DNA of 64,000 bases from Winogradskyella sp. (GTDB lineage: Bacteria; Bacteroidota; Bacteroidia; Flavobacteriales; Flavobacteriaceae), in contig CBFHYD010000001.1 of assembly GCA_965659975.1 (NCBI GenBank), positions 1,241 through 65,240 of the forward strand, given 5' to 3'. Shown here piece after piece: positions 18,998 through 27,872 of the stretch. A model generated the notes under the pieces. The model did no database searches and was not told the DNA's origin. It was given only the letters and a program-made list of their open reading frames with translations. The stretch's first letter is position 1; every line of letters begins with the position of its first letter. Made by a program: the position numbers and the translations under genes.

Positions 18998-20056
18998 TTA
19001 GTTCTGAAAGTCTGGATTTGTCAGAAAAGAAGGATCAGAAAGTGTCAATAGAAAGGCAATAAGATCTGCCTTATCTGAAGCCGAAAGTTGAGCTCCACCA
19101 TCATCAACATTTTTCATTAAAGGATCAATGGTTGGTGAATCTTGAAGGCCTTCACTGTAAAAATCAATTACCTCTTCTAAGGTTTCAAAACGCCCGTCAT
19201 GCATATAAGGTGCGGTATAGGCTAAGTTACGTAAAGAAGGTGATTTAAAACGTCCATTGTCGTTCGGGTCACCTGTTACAGCACCCAATCCTAAATCTGT
19301 AAAGGTGGCATCCAAACCATTATTATGAAAATCATTATCTGTCCATAACGGATTATTTGGATTTCCGTGACAATGGAAACAATCACCTTTGTCTTCTCTT
19401 AAAAATACATCGAGACCATTTAATTCTTGAGGTGTAAGTGTTGCTTGGCCAAGTGTATATCTGTCAAATTTAGAGTTTGCTGAAATTAGAGTACGTTCAA
19501 ATTGTGCCAAAGCGCGTGCTACTAATTCTTTTGTCATAGTTTCTGTGCCAAAGGCTGCTAAAAATAACTCTGGGTAATCAGGATGGCTACTTAATCTATT
19601 AACAATATTGTCCCAATTACTATGCATCTCCACTGGATTTTCAACTGGTTCCAACGCTTGGCGTTCCAAACTCAATTCTTTGCCATCCCATGCAAAGCGT
19701 TCATTATAGTTCCAAGCCAAATTGAATAATGGCATTGAATTGCGTGTGCCTAAAGCGCCATTAACGCCTGCACTCAATGCGTTGTTATCTGTAAATGCAC
19801 TTTGTGGTGCATGACAACTTGCACATGCTATTGAGTTATCACTTGACAGAATCCTATCGAAAAATAAACGCTTCCCTAAAGCAATGCCTTCCTCAGTTTG
19901 TGGATTGTCGTTAGGAATAACTGGTGGTATAATGTTATCCGAAAATATCTGAGGAATGTCTATGTCTATTGCCACAGGTGTATATCCGTTATCTTCTTCG
20001 TTGGAACAAGAAAGTATTAGAAGTGGTATTACTATTAGACTAAGATATTTTCTCAT
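18998..20056 (-). CDS. Di-heme cytochrome c peroxidase superfamily lipoprotein, MbnH/MauG-like
   Basis: Two CxxCH motifs (CASCH, CFHCH), FAWDG, FKSPSLRN..TAPYMHDG, EVIDFY; lipobox ILSC; directly downstream of an MbnP gene. Confidence 0.88.
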   Translation of the reverse strand: MRKYLSLIVIPLLILSCSNEEDNGYTPVAIDIDIPQIFSDNIIPPVIPNDNPQTEEGIALGKRLFFDRILSSDNSIACASCHAPQSAFTDNNALSAGVNGALGTRNSMPLFNLAWNYNERFAWDGKELSLERQALEPVENPVEMHSNWDNIVNRLSSHPDYPELFLAAFGTETMTKELVARALAQFERTLISANSKFDRYTLGQATLTPQELNGLDVFLREDKGDCFHCHGNPNNPLWTDNDFHNNGLDATFTDLGLGAVTGDPNDNGRFKSPSLRNLAYTAPYMHDGRFETLEEVIDFYSEGLQDSPTIDPLMKNVDDGGAQLSASDKADLIAFLLTLSDPSFLTNPDFQN

Positions 20057-20059
20057 GCT

Positions 20060-20830
20060 TTATTGTGTTATTGTACCCAAACTAAACACCGTTTCTACAT
20101 TGTCCTGCATCATTTTTTGAGCCATATAATTTGGCATTAAAGGTGTATCCAAAACATTCAAATCCCATTGGTGCGGATTTTTGAAAAATTCAGCGATGTT
20201 CATTTCAACCTCAATGACAGCATTATTTGTTATAGTTATGTTATTAGGCAATTCAATGACTGCGAAATTTTGTTCAAAAACATCTGGATTGGTACTGGCT
20301 CTGGCAGTACCATTATGGAAATTAAATGGAGCAGATGAGGTGTTTACATTGTAAAACCCATCAAACTGTAAGAAATGGTATCCACCACCAAGCATTGGAG
20401 GCCAATTCCAAGATGCACTATTTAAATCTACGTAACCACCATCGATATTATCAGCTTCGTTAAATCCCCAAACAAACCTTAAGGTATAATTTCCTGAAGG
20501 AATTGTATTGTTCATTGGTGTGAAATTATAAGTCTGTGGATCTGATAAGTCCGTAAACTTATAACCATCGAAACTGTAGGTAACTCCGTTTTGAGACACA
20601 AGTTCAAATCTGGAAACAAGATAACGTAACCTCGAGAATTCCATGGTTTCACCATTTTGATTTGTTACTGTGGTACTCATTAAATTTTGATCATTAATCA
20701 CAGTTCCATCCCAATTATGAGTAAAGGCAAATGACACCTCTAACTGTGCTTGATTGTCATCATTATCTTCGCAAGCCAAAGCCAATAGACTTAAAGTTAA
20801 AACAGCAATTAATTGTAATGTCTTTTTCAT
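20060..20830 (-). CDS. MbnP family copper-binding lipoprotein
   Basis: Lipobox ALAC; LRYLVSRFEL, SWNW (WxW), GYHFLQFDG, FHNG. Confidence 0.82.
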   Translation of the reverse strand: MKKTLQLIAVLTLSLLALACEDNDDNQAQLEVSFAFTHNWDGTVINDQNLMSTTVTNQNGETMEFSRLRYLVSRFELVSQNGVTYSFDGYKFTDLSDPQTYNFTPMNNTIPSGNYTLRFVWGFNEADNIDGGYVDLNSASWNWPPMLGGGYHFLQFDGFYNVNTSSAPFNFHNGTARASTNPDVFEQNFAVIELPNNITITNNAVIEVEMNIAEFFKNPHQWDLNVLDTPLMPNYMAQKMMQDNVETVFSLGTITQ

Positions 20831-20834
20831 TTTT

Positions 20835-22178
20835 TTAATTGATCTTAATTACTAATAGGTCCGAAAACCCTTTATTTTCAATAATATCTCCATCATCACT
20901 TGTGGTATCTCCAACAGCAACAATAGAACGGTCGTTTAGTTGAGCAACGCCATAGGCAAAGTCGATATTGCTTCCACCAGCAGAAATTTCCCATTCCAAA
21001 TCACCATTACTATCTATTTTAACAATCCAGGCATCGTTTTGTCCTTTGTTTTCAGAAACGTCACCATCACTACTTCTTGAACTTCCGGTTAAAATTAATC
21101 CGTTGTCTTGAGTTAATTTTATATCTCTTGAAACATCAAAACTGGTACCTCCTAAAGTTTTTTGCCAAAGTAATTCACCATCGGTATTAATTTTTATAAA
21201 CCACATATCCGCCGCACCATTATTCCCAGAAACATCAGTGTTATCGCTTCTTGTATCACCAGCAATCACAAAATTTCCATCGTTTGATTTTATAATAGCT
21301 CTCGCTTCGTCTATCTGATCGCCACCAAATGACTTTTCCCATATAAAGTCACCATTACTTGCAATTTTTATGACCCAAAAGTCGTAAGTGCCTTTGTTGT
21401 TTGTGATATCAGTATCGGCACTATCACTGCCACCTGCAATGATAAAATCACCTTGCTCACTCTCGACAGCACCCTCAGGCGTATCTGTGAAATTTCCACC
21501 GAAATAACGACTCCATTCCAAACTGCCAGAACTGTCTACTTTAATTGCCCAATAATCACCACCAGCATGACGTTCTAATACTCTACCTGTATTTCCTTGA
21601 CCACCAGAGGCTGTAACGTCTAAAACACCTGTTAGTAGATATCCTAAATCTGAGGTTTGTAATACTGAAATTCCTGTATCATTCCCAGAAAAACCAAACA
21701 CCTCTTGCCATTCTATATTTCCTTGTGCATCCAGTTTGGCCAACCAAAAATCTTGACCGCCATTATTGTCTGTTAAATCACCATCGGTGCTTTGACTAGA
21801 GCCAATAATGGCAAAGCCACCATCTTGAGTTTGGATAATATTGCGTCCGCGTTCATCTAATGAGCCTCCGTAGGTTTTTTGCCATTGGATATTATTTTGA
21901 GCATCATATTTAAGCAGCCAGAAATCAAAACTGGTATCTAATTTGTCCGTAATATCAAGATCGTTACTTTGTGTATAACCGAGAACTGCATAGCCACCAT
22001 CATTAGTCGCCACAACAGATTGGGCACTCTCGTTATTGCTGCCTCCAAAGGTGTTAATGTTAATCGTTTCAGGAATTAATGGTGATTGTATCGGTGTTTC
22101 CGATAGGTCTTCTAAGCCACTACAGCCAAAAAAGCTAATCGCCAAAAGCAATAAAAATATGTATGATAGGCTTTTCAT
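20835..22178 (-). CDS. Beta-propeller repeat lipoprotein
   Basis: Lipobox FFGC; about 7 repeats of GG..D......T.DGG....G...S....D.W..K.D..G...W. Confidence 0.8.
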   Translation of the reverse strand: MKSLSYIFLLLLAISFFGCSGLEDLSETPIQSPLIPETININTFGGSNNESAQSVVATNDGGYAVLGYTQSNDLDITDKLDTSFDFWLLKYDAQNNIQWQKTYGGSLDERGRNIIQTQDGGFAIIGSSQSTDGDLTDNNGGQDFWLAKLDAQGNIEWQEVFGFSGNDTGISVLQTSDLGYLLTGVLDVTASGGQGNTGRVLERHAGGDYWAIKVDSSGSLEWSRYFGGNFTDTPEGAVESEQGDFIIAGGSDSADTDITNNKGTYDFWVIKIASNGDFIWEKSFGGDQIDEARAIIKSNDGNFVIAGDTRSDNTDVSGNNGAADMWFIKINTDGELLWQKTLGGTSFDVSRDIKLTQDNGLILTGSSRSSDGDVSENKGQNDAWIVKIDSNGDLEWEISAGGSNIDFAYGVAQLNDRSIVAVGDTTSDDGDIIENKGFSDLLVIKIN

Positions 22179-22188
22179 ACACTATGGA

Positions 22189-23658
22189 TTAATTACTCTT
22201 TCTGACAACGAAAAGACCACTTTCGATATCATTAATGATAACATTACCGCTTGCAAAGTATGGATAGATACTCCAAACACCATTAAATGCTGCACCATCA
22301 CTTGCAGGGAAAGTATCAATGAAATGTGTTTCTGTCATTGGATCAGTTGCCGAACTAATGTTTGAAATGTCTAAAATTCGCACCCCAGCTCTATAATTGG
22401 CTAAGAAGTATTCATTTCCTTTTACGTAGCCATTGTGATCAATCGCAGGAGTCGGTCCAAAATAGGTCGACGAAAGTGTTGGATTATCTAAGTCGGTAAA
22501 ATCAAAAACTAAAGTTTTTGTATTAAACCCAAATCCTATTTCATCCGTTTCGTCACCTAAGATAAAGTACCTTTGGTCTTCAGTAAACCAGCCTTGGTGC
22601 GCATAAGATGCATCAGGATATGTAAAATCACTAATCGGGATTACATTTGTTTTGTCTGTAACATCCAATATTACAATACGATCTGTATTCCCGTTACTAC
22701 CGATATATATTTCCTTTCCTGTATAATCACCATCAGGACCATTATAGGTTACAACCTGAGCATCATGGGAATATCCACCAGCAGTATAGTCACCTAAAAA
22801 TGTTGGATTTAATGGGTTAGAAATGTCTACAAAAATTGGACCTCCACCATTTGTAGAGCTACATCCTACCAAATAAGCAACACCTTCACTTTCATTGATA
22901 ACAATATTATGACAACTTCCAACGCCTGTATAAATAGCATCTGCCGTAAAGGTTTCTGGAGCGTTAGTAACATTTCTTAATCGCGCAAGATCGAATACCT
23001 GCATACCGTGGTTTCCAACACCATCAGCAACGATAAAGGCATAATCATTATAAACTTTAACATCTCTCCAAAAGTTAGTACCTGCATTTGAATTTAAACG
23101 CCCTAAGAATATAGGGTCTAATGGATTTGATACATCAACAAAAGCGGTACTATTGGTTAAGCAAACCAACGCATATTCCCTGTTGGTTGTTGGGTCTGTC
23201 CATCCCCAAATATCACTACCTTCTATATTTGAGGCAGTACTACCACCAAGGGTTGCATTATCAATTGCAGACATAACATCGATACCATCACAAGGATATG
23301 GTCCAGCCATACCGTTATTACATTCAAAAAGAGGAACTATTGGATCATCACAAACATCTCCAATACCATCGTTGTCTATATCCTCTTGATTTGGGTTTGG
23401 TGTTAATGGACAATTATCGTCAACATCTAAAACGCCATCATCGTCATCGTCCGTATCACATACATCACCTTCGCCATCATTATCGGTGTCTAATTGGTCT
23501 GTGTTGGCTGTAGTAGGACAGTTGTCATTTTCATCGAAAAAGCCATCATTATCGGTGTCCGTAGAATTTATTTGAGGCGCATCTTCTTCTTTACAACTTA
23601 GGGTTACAGATACTAAGCCGAATAAGGCCATAAAACATAGGAATTTTAATAGTTTCAT
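22189..23658 (-). CDS. Choice-of-anchor B (LVIVD-repeat) lipoprotein with thrombospondin type-3 repeats
   Basis: Lipobox TLSC; DxDxDG..D.CDNCP repeats; [46 protein letters not shown]. Confidence 0.87.
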   Translation of the reverse strand: MKLLKFLCFMALFGLVSVTLSCKEEDAPQINSTDTDNDGFFDENDNCPTTANTDQLDTDNDGEGDVCDTDDDDDGVLDVDDNCPLTPNPNQEDIDNDGIGDVCDDPIVPLFECNNGMAGPYPCDGIDVMSAIDNATLGGSTASNIEGSDIWGWTDPTTNREYALVCLTNSTAFVDVSNPLDPIFLGRLNSNAGTNFWRDVKVYNDYAFIVADGVGNHGMQVFDLARLRNVTNAPETFTADAIYTGVGSCHNIVINESEGVAYLVGCSSTNGGGPIFVDISNPLNPTFLGDYTAGGYSHDAQVVTYNGPDGDYTGKEIYIGSNGNTDRIVILDVTDKTNVIPISDFTYPDASYAHQGWFTEDQRYFILGDETDEIGFGFNTKTLVFDFTDLDNPTLSSTYFGPTPAIDHNGYVKGNEYFLANYRAGVRILDISNISSATDPMTETHFIDTFPASDGAAFNGVWSIYPYFASGNVIINDIESGLFVVRKSN

Positions 23659-23724
23659 TTGGGAGAATTTTTTTAGTAATTTAACCATTTAATCGCAATT
23701 CATTAAACGGAAAATAAATACTGA

Positions 23725-25161
23725 TTATTTTACTACAATTTTTTTTGTAAGGCTATTATTAATTTTCACGAGGTAAATACCACTTTTATTTTGAGAAAAT
23801 GGAATAGTGAATTGGTCCTCATTTAAATTTTGAAAGTCGTATAATTTCTGCCTTAATAAATTATATACTTCAACAGCATTGATTGGAGTACTTCCACTGG
23901 AAGTTATTGTGGTATCGGCTTGTGTCGGATTTGGAGACACATTGAAAGTTCCAATAGTATTCTGATTTGTCGATAGATTACTAATTTTTCCAACAACAAA
24001 TAAACCGCGTTCTATATCATTAATCACAATATTACCACTTGGGAAATAAGGATAAACACTCCAAGCGCCATTAAATGAAGTTGCATCATTTTCGGGTCTT
24101 GTATCGAAAAAACCAATTTCTTGCATTGGGTTCGATGCATTGGAAATATTGGTAATGTCTAAAACGCGAAGGCCAGCTGAATAATTTGCCAAATAATATT
24201 TGTTACCATTCACATAGCCATTATGATCTATAGCACCAGTTGGGCCAAAATAGGTTGCGTGAAGTGTAGGTGATGTTAAGTCAGATAAATCGAAAATAAG
24301 CGCTCTTGAATTAAATCCAATCCCGATTTCATCGGTTTCATCTCCGAGAATGAAATACCGTTGATCATCTGTAAACCAACCTTGGTGCGTGGAGCCAATT
24401 TGAGGATATATTACTTCGGATATTTTAGTAACATTTGTCTTATCGGTAACGTCTAAAATCACAACTTCATTCTCATTACTACCAATATAAATCTCCTTAC
24501 CAGTGTAATTTGTATCAGGACCAGTATAGGTGATTACTTGCGCATCATGAGAGTAGCCTTCTGCCGAATAACTGCCTAAACTTACAGGGTTTGTAGGCGT
24601 AGAAATATCTACAAACACAGGACCGCCATTAGAAGTATTACAACCAACCAAATAAGCAACTGCTTCACTTTCATTAATGACAATATTATGGCAACTATTA
24701 ACTCCTGTAAAGACAGTATCAGCCGTAAAAGTTGCTGGAGGACTTGTTACACTTCTCAGTTTTTTAAGGTCAAAAACCTGCATGCCGTGCGCACCTACAT
24801 TATCTGCAACAATAAAAGCATAGTCATTATAAACTTTAACGTCACGCCAAAAGTTGTTTCCAGAGTTACTGTCCAAACGTCCAAGGAAAACAGGATTGAC
24901 AGGATTCGAAACGCCAACAAAAGCGGTACTATTGGTCATGGCACAGATTGCATATTCTTTACCAGTCATTGAGTCAGTCCATCCCCAAATGTCGCTGCCT
25001 TCAGGATTACCATTGGTATTGGCTAAGGTAGCAACAGGGATATTTGATAAAAGATCGAAATCGTCACAAGGATAAGCACCGGCAAAACCGCCTGTGCAAG
25101 ATGTTTGGGACAGCACATTTAGGGTTCCGATGAAAAAGAAAAGTAGGTTAATTTTTTTCAT
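23725..25161 (-). CDS. Choice-of-anchor B protein with T9SS type A C-terminal sorting domain
   Basis: Same choice-of-anchor B motifs; C-terminal VSPNPT...VEVYNLL.QK...SGIYLVKI...KKIVVK; start moved to MKKINLL. Confidence 0.9.
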   Translation of the reverse strand: MKKINLLFFFIGTLNVLSQTSCTGGFAGAYPCDDFDLLSNIPVATLANTNGNPEGSDIWGWTDSMTGKEYAICAMTNSTAFVGVSNPVNPVFLGRLDSNSGNNFWRDVKVYNDYAFIVADNVGAHGMQVFDLKKLRSVTSPPATFTADTVFTGVNSCHNIVINESEAVAYLVGCNTSNGGPVFVDISTPTNPVSLGSYSAEGYSHDAQVITYTGPDTNYTGKEIYIGSNENEVVILDVTDKTNVTKISEVIYPQIGSTHQGWFTDDQRYFILGDETDEIGIGFNSRALIFDLSDLTSPTLHATYFGPTGAIDHNGYVNGNKYYLANYSAGLRVLDITNISNASNPMQEIGFFDTRPENDATSFNGAWSVYPYFPSGNIVINDIERGLFVVGKISNLSTNQNTIGTFNVSPNPTQADTTITSSGSTPINAVEVYNLLRQKLYDFQNLNEDQFTIPFSQNKSGIYLVKINNSLTKKIVVK

Positions 25162-25242
25162 AAAAGATGTAAAGATAATATATATAAAATGCAATCGCAC
25201 TTTGTATTGTTAAATACTAATCTTTAGATGTACCTTTGCAGC

Positions 25243-26289
25243 ATGTTAGAAGATAAAAACCCACAACGTACGCCATTGGATAAGTTGGGCGAGTTTAAAC
25301 TCATTGAACACTTAACCAATAATTTCAAGCTAAGTCATAAGTCTTCAATCAAAGGTATTGGAGACGATGCGGCAATTTTGGATCACGGTAAGAAACAAAT
25401 TGTAGTTACAACAGATTTGTTGGTCGAAGGTGTGCATTTTGATTTAAGTTATGTGCCGCTTAAGCACCTTGGATATAAATCGGTGATGGTCAATTTATCT
25501 GATGTCTACGCGATGAATGCCAAGGCTACTCAAATTACAATATCAATCGCGGTTTCTAACCGATTTCCTTTAGAAGCTTTGGAAGAATTATATGCTGGTA
25601 TTGAAACCGCAGCAAAACTATATAATATTGATGTTGTAGGTGGCGATACCACATCGTCAACCTCTGGACTGATAATATCCATTACTGCCATTGGCGAAGT
25701 TGATAAAGACAAAGTCGTAGAACGATCTGGTGCTAAGCCAAACGATTTATTAGTTGTTACTGGTGATTTAGGCGGTGCCTATATGGGCTTACAAGTTTTG
25801 GAACGTGAGAAGGAAGTTTTTAAAGTCAATCCTCAAAACCAGCCAGATTTATCTATGTACACCTATATTGTAGAACGTCAACTAAAGCCTGAAGCCCGAA
25901 AAGATATCATTGAATTGTTGGAAAAATTGGAAGTTAAACCAACAAGTATGATTGACATTAGTGATGGGTTATCTTCTGAAGTGATACATCTCTGTAAAAA
26001 CAGTAATGTTGGTGTGGATCTTTATGAAAATAAAATCCCATTAGATCCTCAAGTGATTAGCACTTGCGAAGAATTTGATATCGATAGCACAACAATTGCG
26101 CTTAATGGTGGCGAAGATTATGAATTGCTTCTGACGGTTTCCCAAGACGACTATCCAAAAATAAAAGGCAATCCTAATTTAACGGTTATCGGTTATATTA
26201 CAGAAGCCGAACGTGGTATGCATTTAGTAACGCGAGCAGAAACCAAAGTGCCTATTATTGCGAAAGGATGGAAGAATTTTGAAGGCTAA
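25243..26289 (+). CDS. thiL: Thiamine-monophosphate kinase
   Basis: GEFKLI, GIGDDAA, NLSDVYAM, GGDTT, DISDGL, GGEDYELL; start MLEDK placed just after TACCTTTG (25231-25238). Confidence 0.95.
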   Translation: MLEDKNPQRTPLDKLGEFKLIEHLTNNFKLSHKSSIKGIGDDAAILDHGKKQIVVTTDLLVEGVHFDLSYVPLKHLGYKSVMVNLSDVYAMNAKATQITISIAVSNRFPLEALEELYAGIETAAKLYNIDVVGGDTTSSTSGLIISITAIGEVDKDKVVERSGAKPNDLLVVTGDLGGAYMGLQVLEREKEVFKVNPQNQPDLSMYTYIVERQLKPEARKDIIELLEKLEVKPTSMIDISDGLSSEVIHLCKNSNVGVDLYENKIPLDPQVISTCEEFDIDSTTIALNGGEDYELLLTVSQDDYPKIKGNPNLTVIGYITEAERGMHLVTRAETKVPIIAKGWKNFEG

Positions 26290-26530
26290 TATTGTTAAAC
26301 CTTTGTCGCTTTTTCCGATTCTTAAACATCTTTTCCAAGATTACATTTCTTTCCTTTTGATGCGGCGTTAAGTCTGTTAATGTACCGTTAGTCGTAGTTG
26401 TAAATTCCGAATGACAGCGCTTACATTTATATTCTTTAACACCTTCCGTAATTTCTTTTGTGACCTCCAAATCATGACCAACTAAACGAGATGTTAGTTT
26501 GTTGGTGACCATCATAGCTAATTTTCCCAT
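26255..26530 (-). CDS. Small GH...CxxC protein (DUF1660-like), overlapping the thiL 3' end
   Basis: VGHDLEVTKEIT..VKEYKCKRC...NGTLTDLTP; paralog of 26695..26958. Confidence 0.72.
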   Translation of the reverse strand: MGKLAMMVTNKLTSRLVGHDLEVTKEITEGVKEYKCKRCHSEFTTTTNGTLTDLTPHQKERNVILEKMFKNRKKRQRFNNISLQNSSILSQ

Positions 26531-26633
26531 AGTCTAAAACTATGAATAGAAGTCAAGATGTTTTATACCGTTTTTACCAATACCATTTGGTTCTCGTTAA
26601 AATGCAAGAATTAAACGATAAGGCGAAAAATTC

Positions 26634-26684
26634 TAATTCAGGATCGTGAATTCCTATGATTTTTGAAAACTGCATCCTGAATTA
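26634..26684. repeat. 11-bp perfect inverted repeat with 29-nt spacer (terminator or RNA structure candidate)
   Basis: TAATTCAGGAT-N29-ATCCTGAATTA. Confidence 0.6.
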
Positions 26685-26694
26685 AAACTTATGC

Positions 26695-26958
26695 TCAGGC
26701 TGCGCCAACATGGTAGCGACGCTTATTTAATCTTACGATTTTGTTAGTGTATATTTTTTCAAGTAGAGAATTTATAGCACGATGTTTGGGCGTGAGTTCG
26801 GTTAATTTTCCATTGCTGTCAATTGTGACTTGTTTTTTACAACAACTGCAGGTGTGCTCCTTTACATGATGTGTAATTTGTTTGGTTTGTTCGTACTTAT
26901 GACCAAAAAAGTAGCAGTAGGTTTTCAATAGACTAATAGCAGAAATAATTGTTTTCAT
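26695..26958 (-). CDS. Small C..FGH...CxxC protein (DUF1660-like)
   Basis: YCYFFGHKYEQTKQITHHVKEHTCSCC...DSNGKLTELTP. Confidence 0.75.
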   Translation of the reverse strand: MKTIISAISLLKTYCYFFGHKYEQTKQITHHVKEHTCSCCKKQVTIDSNGKLTELTPKHRAINSLLEKIYTNKIVRLNKRRYHVGAA

Positions 26959-27020
26959 GATCTATTAGATTTGGGAATCTAAATGTAATCAAAAAGGTAA
27001 ATAAAATAAGATAAAAAGTT

Positions 27021-27797
27021 TTATTTTTCGCTGAAACGTAATAAAAAGTAAGTTAATTCTGATTTATTCTCAATGTGACTCATATGGCCTTCAGATAAAA
27101 ATACAATTTCGGTGTCTGTGTTTTTAGTTTTTTCGACTATTAAATCTTCATTAACAATCCAATCTTTTTTCCCAATGACAATTGCTTTTTTGCCTTTGAT
27201 ATTTACGAATGCATCAAATCGATTTGGCCGAATAGCCATACCTTTATGACCCGCAATAAAACCTTGCACAGATGTTTGCAATCCTAATTCCAATGCGATT
27301 TGAATCTCTGATTTGAACTTCTCTTTACTTTCAGGCGCAAACAAATTCACAAAAGACATTCGGACTAAATTCTCGTAATTAGTGGTTGCCATTTGTGCTG
27401 CTCTTGCACGTAGTATTTTACGCTCGTTATCATCGGCTTCAAATGTGGAATTCATCAAACACAAATCATCGATTAAGTCGGGATACTTTTCTATTAAGGC
27501 CAAAGCCACATAGCCACCCATAGAATGTCCAACACAAGAAATCGTATCAAAATTTAAAGAATTGATTACAGCATAAACGGCATCTGCCATATCTTCCATG
27601 GAATGGATGTAACCCAAACATCCAGTTTCCCCATGACCTAAAAGCTCAATGCAAACCACTTTTGTTTTTTGGGAAAGTTGAGGTATAAATGGAAGCCACA
27701 TAGCGTTATTTTCTAAAAAACCGTGTAGTAAGATGAGTGGCGCACCTTCACCTTCAACCGTATAGTTAATCGAAATATTTTTATAATCGAGTGTCAT
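27021..27797 (-). CDS. Alpha/beta hydrolase fold protein
   Basis: LHGFLE, GHSMGG nucleophile elbow, GHMSH; start moved to MTLDYK after TATCTTTG (27803-27810). Confidence 0.9.
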   Translation of the reverse strand: MTLDYKNISINYTVEGEGAPLILLHGFLENNAMWLPFIPQLSQKTKVVCIELLGHGETGCLGYIHSMEDMADAVYAVINSLNFDTISCVGHSMGGYVALALIEKYPDLIDDLCLMNSTFEADDNERKILRARAAQMATTNYENLVRMSFVNLFAPESKEKFKSEIQIALELGLQTSVQGFIAGHKGMAIRPNRFDAFVNIKGKKAIVIGKKDWIVNEDLIVEKTKNTDTEIVFLSEGHMSHIENKSELTYFLLRFSEK

Positions 27798-27872
27798 TGT
27801 CGCAAAGATATATTTTGAACTCGAGCTTACAATGATCAGTAGCACGAGTTCATTATATTTACGAACAACTAA

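Noticed and set aside
23340-23560. Repetitive DNA (ccatcattatcggtgtc-like units) as a CRISPR or tandem repeat
   Set aside because: These are in-frame thrombospondin type-3 coding repeats with no spacer structure; no cas genes
26964-26984. ATTAGATT-TGGG-AATCTAAAT as a fifth Fur box
   Set aside because: Arm spacing is 8 nt rather than 5; may be a different operator or a chance AT-rich palindrome
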